Below are positions 9,266 through 17,863 of a DNA stretch of 64,000 nucleotides, one piece after another. A program made the translations under genes and the position numbers. The stretch lies in the NCBI GenBank assembly GCA_963767925.1, contig CAVYGB010000010.1, forward strand, positions 1,024,001-1,088,000. The letters are read 5' to 3'. Position 1 is the first letter of the stretch; the number at the start of each line of letters is the position of its first letter. The notes beneath the pieces were generated by a model, which saw only the letters and a program-made list of their open reading frames with translations, did not search any database and was not told the origin of the DNA. Origin of the DNA: an uncultured delta proteobacterium (GTDB lineage: Bacteria > Myxococcota_A > Polyangia > Fen-1088).

Positions 9266-10417
9266 TCAGGTGCGGGCCGCCGCGCTCAGGGCTTTGCGGG
9301 CGGCTTCGAGCCGGCTCTCCGCGTTCCAGGCATAGGGCCGGGGAGCGCCTCTCTCCATGAGCTGCTTGAAGGCGGTGTGCCCGCGCAGGGGCGCCCAGGT
9401 AGGATCCCGGCTGATCATGGCCAGCGTCTCCAGGTCGGGGCGGATGTCCAGCTCGCTGGTGGCGGGCTTCACCAGGCGGTCGAGGAACTCCCGGGCGATG
9501 CTCTCGTCCCCCTGCAAGATCCCGATGCCCGCCAGCAGGGCCGAGGCCTGGCTGATGGCGTTCATGGCGCGCACCCGGGCGCTCTCCAGGGCGGAGGTGA
9601 ACAGCTCCTCGGAGACGACCCTTCGTTTGTTGAGAAAGTGCAGGCTGGCCGCGGAGAAGTAGGCGGCGGTGCAGTCTTCGGGGTCGAGGCGGACGGCCTC
9701 GAGCCCCTTGCGCACCGACTCCTTGGCGGCGTCGGTCTCCTGGTCGTAGCTGTAGAGCATGGCCAGGCTGCGGTTGAGGGAGGACTGGGTCATGCTGTCG
9801 TCGGTCTTGATCTGCCGGAGCAGGCTGCGGGCCACCTCGAAGTCGCCCACCTCGCCCCGCACGGCGTGCAGGAAGGCCTCGAACTGCAGGGACCAGGCGT
9901 AGGGGTTGAGGAGCTGGCGGGCCCGGGTAAAGTCGTCCTTGGCCGCGGAGAAGCTGGCCGCGTCCGGCTTCATCGAGAACATCAGGGTGTGGGCCGCGCC
10001 CCGGTGGGCGTGCAGCCAGGCCTGCTGGGCCGGGCTGAAGCTGGCCTTGCCCTCGAGGGCGGCGGTGAACCCGTCGATGCAGTTCAGCTTGACGAAGTGG
10101 ACCACCTCTTGCCGGGTGGCCAATCCACCGGCCAGCAGGATGTCGCGGGCCTTCACCCGCTGGGCCTCGGCCAAAAGCGCGATCAGCTCGGGATCGTCGG
10201 GCTTGCTCTGGCAGGCATCGCTGAGGTCCTGCACGCCCCGACAGGCCATGCCGAAGCTCGTGCCGAGGTGGCCCCGGTGCTTGCGGGCCTCGACGATCTC
10301 CTCGGACTCCGGTTGGCCCGGGTCAACGGCCGGCGCTTTCATCAAGATATCGTCGAGCTCGATCAACTGGTCCAGGACATCGTTGCTCTTGCACGCCTTG
10401 CTCGTTGGCACCTTCAT
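9266..10417 (-). CDS. TPR-like helical repeat protein (383 aa)
   Basis: ATG 10417 overlaps the methyltransferase stop (ATGA). Has 'AWLHAHRGAAH', 'EAVRLDPED' and a TPR-end motif 'DPTWAPLRGHTAFKQL'. Confidence 0.7.
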   Translation of the reverse strand: MKVPTSKACKSNDVLDQLIELDDILMKAPAVDPGQPESEEIVEARKHRGHLGTSFGMACRGVQDLSDACQSKPDDPELIALLAEAQRVKARDILLAGGLATRQEVVHFVKLNCIDGFTAALEGKASFSPAQQAWLHAHRGAAHTLMFSMKPDAASFSAAKDDFTRARQLLNPYAWSLQFEAFLHAVRGEVGDFEVARSLLRQIKTDDSMTQSSLNRSLAMLYSYDQETDAAKESVRKGLEAVRLDPEDCTAAYFSAASLHFLNKRRVVSEELFTSALESARVRAMNAISQASALLAGIGILQGDESIAREFLDRLVKPATSELDIRPDLETLAMISRDPTWAPLRGHTAFKQLMERGAPRPYAWNAESRLEAARKALSAAART

Positions 10418-11271
10418 GAATCCCTCGCTTTCCCTATTTCTGTTCCCACGACAACTCCCGCATTCACGACTTCGACGTTCTGATCGGTCAATCGGGGTGA
10501 CACCTCCTCCTCCAGCGCGCGCGACGACAGCGGGGGGACGTAGAGGGTCGAGATCTCCGAGACCTCCACCTCGGGCAGCGAGCCCAGCATCACCGGCTCG
10601 GTGCGCGACGGGTAGAGGGGATGGGTGGCGGCCTCGTAGAGGATCAGCCAGTGATCGAGGGGGTAGGCGCTCAGCAGCCGGGCCCGCAGCCGTTCCAGCC
10701 CCCGCTTGACCGAGGCGGTGGCGTCGGCCGCGTAGGTCGCGGGGTTGTCGATGAGCGCGACCTGGTGCAGGACCAGGGGCGTGCAGGGATCGATGCGGGC
10801 GCTGCGGCCGATGAAGCTGCTGGCCTCGAAGATCTGGCAGCCGTGTTTGCCGGGGTCGAGGCCCAGGTCGGCGAACAGACAATCGAGCGCGGACACGCCC
10901 GGCAACATGCGGGCGCTGAACCCCTCTCCCTTGGCCTGGCGGATCGCCTCGTGCCCGGCCGCCACCAGCACGCCGGGGTGGCCGTAAAACACCACACACA
11001 GGCGCCCACCTTTGCGGAGCTGGGCCATGATCTGCTCGACCATGGCCCGGTAAATCTGGCGCCGGGGGCGGCCGTCCCGGGGATAATCCAGGCTCTCGGC
11101 CACCGGGTTGAGCTTGCGAATCCAGCGGGCGGCCCAGGGATCGGCCACCGCGAACAGCACCCGGTCGGCCCTTTCAATCGCACCGCGCGCGGCGGCGGTG
11201 GTTTGGCTCTCCCATTCGATTCCTATGCCGGCTACTATGAGCGTTGCTTCGCCGGCAGACTGGGCGTTCAC
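10414..11271 (-). CDS. Borosin-type SAM-dependent alpha-N-methyltransferase (OphMA/SonM-like, TP_methylase fold)
   Basis: LIVAGIGI, R..IY.AM, VVFYGHPGV, MLPGVSALDCLFADLGLDP..GCQIFEA, LHQV and YPLDHWLILYEAA are characteristic borosin methyltransferase motifs. Start uncertain (GTG 11271, GTG 11280 or TTG 11313). Confidence 0.88.
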   Translation of the reverse strand: MNAQSAGEATLIVAGIGIEWESQTTAAARGAIERADRVLFAVADPWAARWIRKLNPVAESLDYPRDGRPRRQIYRAMVEQIMAQLRKGGRLCVVFYGHPGVLVAAGHEAIRQAKGEGFSARMLPGVSALDCLFADLGLDPGKHGCQIFEASSFIGRSARIDPCTPLVLHQVALIDNPATYAADATASVKRGLERLRARLLSAYPLDHWLILYEAATHPLYPSRTEPVMLGSLPEVEVSEISTLYVPPLSSRALEEEVSPRLTDQNVEVVNAGVVVGTEIGKARDS

Positions 11272-11428
11272 CTGGAGCACCGTAGAGGAACCGCCGGCTG
11301 GCCAACATTTCACCGCCTTTCAGCCAGGGCTTTGCAACGGTGGTCCCCGCTGTGACTGGCTCGCTGGCCGCTCGTTAGAAGCGGCGAGTCAGTCGCGATT
11401 TCAACGACGAAGCTTCTGCCGACAGCGC

Positions 11429-13348
11429 ATGCGCATCATCTCGCGACGGTACACGCTCGAAAACGAGGTGGGTCGAGGTACGTCGGGCTCCGTCTGGATG
11501 GCGCACGACCAGCACCTTCAACGCCGCGTCGCCATCAAGCTGCTGCGCCTCGATTGCCTGGAGCGACCGGGCTTCCGGGCCCGCTTCGAGCGCGAGGCCA
11601 TGACCGTGGCCCAGGTCCGCAGCCCCTACGTGGTCCAGGTCTACGACGCCGGCTTCGACGAGCAGCAGCCCTACATCGTGATGGAGTGGCTCGACGGCGA
11701 GACCCTCGACGAGATCCTCCAGCGCCACGGGCGGCTCTCGCTGGCCGCCACGGTCGACACAATCGCCCACCTGGCCCGGGGGCTGTCGCTCACCCACGCC
11801 GCCGGGATCGTCCACCGCGACGTCAAGCCGGCCAACATCTTCGTGGCCCGGGAGTACGACCGGGACATACCCAAGCTCCTCGACTTTGGCATGGCCACCT
11901 TGTTGACCGGGCTGGACGCCCCCGCCAGCGCCACCTCCACCACGACCGTGGCCGGCACGCCCCACTTCATGAGCCCCGAGCAGGCGGCGGGGGGCGAGCT
12001 GGACGGCCGCTCCGACCTGTGGGGCCTGGCGGTGGTGGCCTACGTGATGTTGACCGGGCACCTGCCCTTTCACGGCGACGACTTTTTCACCCTGCGCGCG
12101 GGGATCAACCGGGCCAGCCCGCTGCCCCCCTCCCGCCACGACCCGGCCCTGTCGCCCGCCATCGACGACTTCTTCTCGGTGGCCTTCGCCAAGGACCCGG
12201 GCATGCGCTACCAGACCGCCACCGCCATGGCGGCGGCCCTGCTGCGGGCCTCGGAGAAGCTGGCCCCCACGCCCATCCGGATCCTGCTGCTCGACGACGA
12301 GCCGGACATGGAGCTGCTTTTGCGCAACCGCTTCCGGCGGGAGGTGCGCGAGGGGATGTACGAGATCCTCTTCGCCACCGACGGGCAGGCGGGCCTGGAG
12401 GTCCTGCGCCGGCGGGCGGACATCGATCTCGTGTTGACCGACATCAACATGCCGGGCATGGACGGCCTCACCTTCCTGGCCCACGTCAACAAGGTGAACC
12501 CCACCGTCCGGGTGGTTGTCGTGTCGGCCTACAACGACATGGCCAACCTGCGGCTGGCCATGAACCGGGGGGCCTTCGACTTCCTGGTCAAGCCCATCGA
12601 GTTCGACGACCTGCAGGTGACCATCGAAAAATGCGCCAGTCAGGTGGCGGTCCTGCGCCAGGCGGTCCGCTCGCAGCAGGAGAACGGCCTGCTCCGCCTG
12701 CTGGTGGGACGCTCCGAGCTGGCCGGCATCCCCGCCACCGCGCTCGAGAAGACCGAGGGCTCGGTGGCCTTCCTCGGCATCGACCAGGACGGTGACAGCG
12801 CCGGCTCATTGACCGCCCTCAACGATCGGCTCGCGGTGATCGTCCCCGAGCTGGTGGCCCGTCGGGCGGCCATCATCCGGCTGGTGGGCCCGGCGCTGAT
12901 GGTCGTGTTCCGGGGCGAGGACCACGCCCGGCGGGCGCTCGACGCCTGGCTGGCGATCCGGGAGGGCATCCGCGCCCTCGAGGAGCGACGGCCGGTCGCC
13001 GGACCGCCCTCCCGGGGGGTCTCGGTCGGCGTCGACGTGGGGCCGCTGGCGATCGGGCACCTCGGGTCCCGGGGCCCCGGCGCCGGCTTCGAGTCGATCG
13101 TGCTCGGCGAGCCGGTCGACCGGGCCTTCGCCCTGCAGCGCCTGGCCGGTCGCAACGAGATCCTCGTGAGCTCCGCCCTCGACCGCCTGCTCGATCTGAC
13201 CTTCGTGCGCCAGCCGGTCGATCGGCTGGAGGTTACCCGCCTCGCCCCCCCCGCCTTCGCCATCACGGGCAAGACCTCGGCCGTCGCCCTGGCCCCCGGC
13301 GAACGGCTCAAGGCGGGTGAGGCCCCGGCGTTCCCCCCTTCGGCTTGA
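11429..13348 (+). CDS. Ser/Thr kinase - receiver - degenerate class III nucleotidyl cyclase
   Basis: Kinase VAIK, HRDVKPAN, DFG, GTPHFMSPEQ. REC ILLLDDE...TDINMPGMDG...DFLVKP. Cyclase-like C-terminus 'VGVDVG...IGHLG...VLGEPVDRAFAL'. Confidence 0.88.
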   Translation: MRIISRRYTLENEVGRGTSGSVWMAHDQHLQRRVAIKLLRLDCLERPGFRARFEREAMTVAQVRSPYVVQVYDAGFDEQQPYIVMEWLDGETLDEILQRHGRLSLAATVDTIAHLARGLSLTHAAGIVHRDVKPANIFVAREYDRDIPKLLDFGMATLLTGLDAPASATSTTTVAGTPHFMSPEQAAGGELDGRSDLWGLAVVAYVMLTGHLPFHGDDFFTLRAGINRASPLPPSRHDPALSPAIDDFFSVAFAKDPGMRYQTATAMAAALLRASEKLAPTPIRILLLDDEPDMELLLRNRFRREVREGMYEILFATDGQAGLEVLRRRADIDLVLTDINMPGMDGLTFLAHVNKVNPTVRVVVVSAYNDMANLRLAMNRGAFDFLVKPIEFDDLQVTIEKCASQVAVLRQAVRSQQENGLLRLLVGRSELAGIPATALEKTEGSVAFLGIDQDGDSAGSLTALNDRLAVIVPELVARRAAIIRLVGPALMVVFRGEDHARRALDAWLAIREGIRALEERRPVAGPPSRGVSVGVDVGPLAIGHLGSRGPGAGFESIVLGEPVDRAFALQRLAGRNEILVSSALDRLLDLTFVRQPVDRLEVTRLAPPAFAITGKTSAVALAPGERLKAGEAPAFPPSA

Positions 13349-14255
13349 GGATCACGATCTTCGCGGTGCCCACCCGGAGCTGACCGCTGGTGCGCCGCCG
13401 CTCGACGATGTTCTCGACGTCGTCGGCGGCGTCGAGGCTCAGCAGGATCTGGCGGATGCGGTGCACGTCGACGTTGAGCTTCTCGGGCGTCTGGCCCAGG
13501 CGCTCGGCCAGATCGTTGGAGTACATCCAGCCGGCCTCGTCCTCGGGCACGCCCGCCTGCTGCTCGGCGTGGCGCAGGCGCGACAGCACCAGCAAGGTGT
13601 AATAGCAGGCCCGCGAGGGCAGCTCGTGTTGCCGGTCGCCGAGCACGAGCTTCATGTCGACCTGCTCCTCGTCCTGGCTGACCCGGAACTCGAGGCTGGC
13701 CTCCGACAGCTTGCGCGAGCCGGCCAGCCCCCGGGTGCGGTCGAGCGCCCCTCGCAGGTCGGGCATCTCCAGCCGGAAGCGGCGGGCCCCCACCTCGACC
13801 ACCTCGCCGTCGCTGACCGTGCGGGCGCTGCCGCCGGTGTCGAGCTCCCAGCGTTCGCCGATCGGGTAGATGGTCGCCAGCGGCACCTGGTCGTCCCAGA
13901 GGACCAGCCGGTTGCCGACCGCCTCCTGCACGGTCCCGTCGGGGGCCACCGCCCGTGGGCTGGGGGGGGAGCCGTCGAGCCAGCACCAGCGCTCGCTGGG
14001 GTCCCCGAAGACGATCACGTCCCCGCTCAGCAGGCTCCACTCCCGGCCCACCAGCAGGCGGTCGTTGACCCGGGTGCCGTTCAGGCTACCGAGGTCGCGC
14101 AGGATCCATTCGGCGCCGAGCCAGCGAACGCTGGCGTGTTCGGTCGACGAGCCGCGCCCGGAGAGCTTGATGTGGGCGGCGGGCGAGCGGCCGATGAGGC
14201 TGATGCCACGGACCACCGACTCCAGACCGGTGCTGACGTTCTTGAGGAGCGCCAT
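13308..14255 (-). CDS. FHA-domain protein with C-terminal HTH-like region
   Basis: FHA motifs IGRS, S..HA and LRDLGSLNGTRVN. C-terminal 'DLAERLGQTPEKLNVDVHRIRQ' is HTH-like. Confidence 0.85.
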   Translation of the reverse strand: MALLKNVSTGLESVVRGISLIGRSPAAHIKLSGRGSSTEHASVRWLGAEWILRDLGSLNGTRVNDRLLVGREWSLLSGDVIVFGDPSERWCWLDGSPPSPRAVAPDGTVQEAVGNRLVLWDDQVPLATIYPIGERWELDTGGSARTVSDGEVVEVGARRFRLEMPDLRGALDRTRGLAGSRKLSEASLEFRVSQDEEQVDMKLVLGDRQHELPSRACYYTLLVLSRLRHAEQQAGVPEDEAGWMYSNDLAERLGQTPEKLNVDVHRIRQILLSLDAADDVENIVERRRTSGQLRVGTAKIVILKPKGGTPGPHPP

Positions 14256-14381
14256 CCACCGACTGTAACGATGGAGACACGGCCGTTCAAGCGCTCCCCC
14301 CCTTACCAGGCGGTCCGGTGTTATGCCTTGAAATGGGGGTGGGGGCGATTTCGACGTAGGGGGTAAGGCAGGAGTTGCCAG

Positions 14382-14942
14382 ATGCAACACGCGACAATCC
14401 CTTGCCGGAGCCCCGTCGGCCTCGATCCCTTCGAGGCCATCTGGCGGAAACACGCCGGCGCGCTCGCCGAGCGGGCCCGCCATCTGACCGGGGACCGGGA
14501 GAGCGCCGACGACCTGGTGCAGGACGCCTTCGAGCGGGCCCTGCGGGCGGGACGGGAGGGCGTGCCCGAGCACAAGCTGCGGAGCTGGTTGATGGTGATC
14601 CTCTACAACCTGTTCATCGACCGGGTGCGGGCGGCCGCGGTCCGTCCGGTCGATCCCCTCCAGGAGAACACCATCGCCAGCGGTGACCCGACGCCCGACG
14701 GGGAGCCGGAGCAGGCCTGGCTGCAGGCCGATCCCGCCGCGGTATGGCGCAGCATCGCCGCCCTCCCCGAGAAGCTGCGGGTGACGCTCGAGCTGCGCAT
14801 CGCGGGGCGCAGCTACGACAGCATCGGCGAGAGCCTGGGGATCCGCCTCACCACGGTGGGCACCCGCCTGTTCCGGGCGCGCAAGCAACTCCGCCGCCTG
14901 GTGCAGCTCTCCGGCCCGGCGCCGATCACTTCTGCAACATGA
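14382..14942 (+). CDS. ECF RNA polymerase sigma factor
   Basis: Region 2 'ADDLVQDAFERA...SWLMVILYNLFIDR' and region 4 'LPEKLR...SYDSIGESLGIRLTTVGTRLFRARKQL'. Confidence 0.92.
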   Translation: MQHATIPCRSPVGLDPFEAIWRKHAGALAERARHLTGDRESADDLVQDAFERALRAGREGVPEHKLRSWLMVILYNLFIDRVRAAAVRPVDPLQENTIASGDPTPDGEPEQAWLQADPAAVWRSIAALPEKLRVTLELRIAGRSYDSIGESLGIRLTTVGTRLFRARKQLRRLVQLSGPAPITSAT

Positions 14943-16302
14943 AGGTCTCGTATTCGAGCTGGGACAGCAGGCGCGACAGGAAGATGATCCCCACGAAGAC
15001 GGCCAGGATGGTGGCGCCGGCGAAGCCATAGCCGTAGTAGGCCGGGCCCAGCCACATGGTCAGCAGGGTGAGGATCACGTTGAGGACGGTGAACAGGAAG
15101 CTGAGGGCCAGGGCGAACTCGCGCTGGTCCAGGTAGAACAGCACGTTGAGGATCGACAGCAACAGCACCTGCACGCCCACCGCCACCAGATCGACGTAAA
15201 ACAGCTGCAGGTACAGGGAGGAGATGCCGATCGCCTCGAGGATGCGAGCCCCCGCCAGCAGCAAGACCAGCAGGGTCAGCCCCTGCACCTTGAAGATCTC
15301 GTAGATCCCCTGGCGGATGTAAAACGTCATCCCCTGGCGCAGGTGCTCGATGTGGGGGAGCGTGTCCCCCTCCCGGACGGCGTTGTAGAAGAGATCGTAG
15401 TGCTCGGCGAAGTCGGTCTCGATGCGCACGAGGAAGACCGCCATGCCGGGGATGATCGAGAGGTAGGCCAGGAAGATCGGCAGGTCGTAGATCATCGAGG
15501 CCCGCAGGGGGCCGATGATCGGCTCGGAGGTGACCGGGTTGAACCAGAACAGCAGCTTGTCGACCCAGATCCCGAGGTTGTAGAAGAACCCCGTGAACAT
15601 CAGGCTGTAAAACGACTGCTTGGGCCGGAGAAAATCGAACGACACCAGGGTCCGGCTGCGGGGGTGGTCGCGCACGACGACCGCCAGCATGAGAAACAGC
15701 AGCACCACCTGGCCCAGCAGGAAGCCGGACATCAGCCCCTCGAGGTTGAAGCGGCGCAGGCCCAGCGAGGCGGCGATCGAGATGCCGTAGCCGGCCACGA
15801 AGATGGCCAGCACCCGCCGGTAGTTCTTCAGGCCCGACATGAGGACCACCAGCATCCAGACGTCGCAGACAGCCACGAAGCTGACCACCATGAGGACGCG
15901 CAGCACGATGCCCTCATCGGTGAACAAGAACATCACCACCGCCGCGCTGGATCCGCCGGCCACCAGCGAGGTGAGGGTCAAGACCCCCATGAGGTTGGGG
16001 ACCACGAGGTTGCGCTTGCGCTGGAACAGCCGGTCGGCCACGAACCGGGTGAACATGAGCTGCAGCAGGCCGGTCAAGATGAGCGAGCCGGCCATGATGT
16101 AGTTGACCACCACCAGGAACTGCTGCACCCGCACGGTGGGCGAGACCTTGCCCACGCTGAGGATGCCCACCAGCATGATCCCCAGGATGGAGAGCACCCA
16201 GGGCCCCGAGCTGATGAGGCCGGCGTAGCCGTATGCGCGCAAGATGCCGAGCAGGCTCTCGCGGCGCAGGAGCTTACGCAGCTCGAACCCGATCCCTGCC
16301 AA
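14926..16302 (-). CDS. pelG: Pel exopolysaccharide inner-membrane transporter PelG
   Basis: N-terminus MAGIGFELRK...AYGYAGLISSGPW, multi-TM, last gene of the operon. Confidence 0.95.
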   Translation of the reverse strand: MAGIGFELRKLLRRESLLGILRAYGYAGLISSGPWVLSILGIMLVGILSVGKVSPTVRVQQFLVVVNYIMAGSLILTGLLQLMFTRFVADRLFQRKRNLVVPNLMGVLTLTSLVAGGSSAAVVMFLFTDEGIVLRVLMVVSFVAVCDVWMLVVLMSGLKNYRRVLAIFVAGYGISIAASLGLRRFNLEGLMSGFLLGQVVLLFLMLAVVVRDHPRSRTLVSFDFLRPKQSFYSLMFTGFFYNLGIWVDKLLFWFNPVTSEPIIGPLRASMIYDLPIFLAYLSIIPGMAVFLVRIETDFAEHYDLFYNAVREGDTLPHIEHLRQGMTFYIRQGIYEIFKVQGLTLLVLLLAGARILEAIGISSLYLQLFYVDLVAVGVQVLLLSILNVLFYLDQREFALALSFLFTVLNVILTLLTMWLGPAYYGYGFAGATILAVFVGIIFLSRLLSQLEYETFMLQK

Positions 16303-17863
16303 GCTTTCCCTCGAGCGCGTCCCGGTAGATCTTCCGGTAGGAGTCGTACATCATCTTCTGCGTGTAAAAGCCCTCGACCCGGGCGATCCCCGCGGTCTGG
16401 GCCTTCTTCCAGGCCACCGGATCGCCGAGCAGCTTGATGGCCGCCTCGGCGGTGGCCTCCGGATCGGCGATCGGCACGATCACGCCCGAATTGCCGAGGG
16501 CCTTGTCCTCGGGGACGCCCCCCTCGACCAGCTCCCGGCAGGAGCCGACGTCGGTGGCCACCGTGGGCAGGCCGGCGGCGTAGCCCTCCAGCAACACCAG
16601 GGGCAGGGCCTCGCTGATCGAGGTCAACACCATGAGCCCCAGCTTCGGCAAGATGTCGTCGGGCTTCTGGAAGCCGAGGAACTTCACCCGCCCGCTCAGG
16701 CCCAGGTTGGTGGCCAGCTCGCGGCACTCGCGGGCGTAGGCCTGGTCCTCGTCCTCGGGGCCGATGATCCAGCCCTCGGCCTGGGGCAAGCGGGTGCAGA
16801 CCGTGCGCATGGCGCGCACGAAGGTGCGGATGTCCTTGATGGGCACCACCCGCCCCAGCAGGCCCAGCACCTGGGGTGGCGTGTCGGCGGCGGGCCCCTG
16901 GGTGGAGACGGCGTGCAGGACCCGCTTGCTGCGCAGGGCCCCGAAGCGGTCGAGGTCGATGCCGTTGGGGATCACGGCGGTGCGCGCCTCCTCCGCCCCG
17001 TCGAGCACCTGCCGGCGGCGGTTGCCCTCGTAAAGGGCGATGATCTTGTCGGCGGCGGCGTAGGCCATGCGGCCCAGCCCCTCGAAGAAGCGGATCCAGA
17101 GCCGCCGGATGTAGCTGACGTCGTCGTCGAGCCCCCCGCCGAAGGCCTCCCGGGCGTCCTTGATCCACTCGGCGTGGGCCAGGTCGATCTTGCGCTCCTT
17201 GGTGTAGATGCCGTGTTCGGTGAGGACGTAGGGGCGCTTGCGCACGAAGCGCAACATGGCCCCCAGCAGGCCGGCGTAGCCGGTGGAGATCGAGTGGATG
17301 ATGCGGGCGGGGGGCGAGTTGCGAGCGATGTCGGCCAGCGTGAAGAGAGGTCCGTGCATGGTGCGCACGGTCCAGAAGTAGTCGACGAAGGAGGGATCGG
17401 TGCAGTAGCTGAGGTAGTCCTCGCGGATGCGGGCCCAGGACTGGCGGCTGTGCAAGAAGTCCTTGGGGTCGATCCCCTTGGCCGTCCCCAGGGTCGACAT
17501 GACCCGGGCGAACAGCTCGTCGGGGATGTCGCCGGTGGGCGAGCGGAAGAACTCGTGCATCTGGCGCGCGTCCTCGAAGGCCTTGGGGTTCCCCTGGCGG
17601 GCGCGCGGGCGGTCGGTGCGCCAGGTCTCCATGATGAAGTGGGTCTCGAGGTGGACCAGGTTCTTGGGCAGCTCGTATTTCATCTTCCCGTAGGCCTCGC
17701 GCTGCGAGCCGAGGAAGACGATCGAGAAGGTCAGCTCGGGCAGGCCGCGGATGATCTGGTGCACCCAGCTCGAGACGCCGCCGCTGACGTAGGGGTAGGT
17801 CCCCTCGAGCAGCAACATCACGTCGGCCTCCTGCCCCTTGGCCAGCGTGGGGAAGACGCTCAC
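16274..17863 (-). CDS. pelF: GT4 glycosyltransferase PelF
   Basis: LLEGTYPYVSGGVSSWVHQII, HSISTGYAG, LTEHGIYTKER, GRVVPIKD, SISEALPLV. GTG start overlaps the pelE stop. Confidence 0.95.
   Translation of the reverse strand: MSVFPTLAKGQEADVMLLLEGTYPYVSGGVSSWVHQIIRGLPELTFSIVFLGSQREAYGKMKYELPKNLVHLETHFIMETWRTDRPRARQGNPKAFEDARQMHEFFRSPTGDIPDELFARVMSTLGTAKGIDPKDFLHSRQSWARIREDYLSYCTDPSFVDYFWTVRTMHGPLFTLADIARNSPPARIIHSISTGYAGLLGAMLRFVRKRPYVLTEHGIYTKERKIDLAHAEWIKDAREAFGGGLDDDVSYIRRLWIRFFEGLGRMAYAAADKIIALYEGNRRRQVLDGAEEARTAVIPNGIDLDRFGALRSKRVLHAVSTQGPAADTPPQVLGLLGRVVPIKDIRTFVRAMRTVCTRLPQAEGWIIGPEDEDQAYARECRELATNLGLSGRVKFLGFQKPDDILPKLGLMVLTSISEALPLVLLEGYAAGLPTVATDVGSCRELVEGGVPEDKALGNSGVIVPIADPEATAEAAIKLLGDPVAWKKAQTAGIARVEGFYTQKMMYDSYRKIYRDALEGKLGRDRVRAA

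Noticed and set aside
10414..11313. Annotation as a cobalamin/siroheme tetrapyrrole methylase
   Set aside because: It has YGHP rather than the GDP motif plus other borosin-specific motifs. A BBD-like peptide is adjacent and no cob/cysG genes are nearby.
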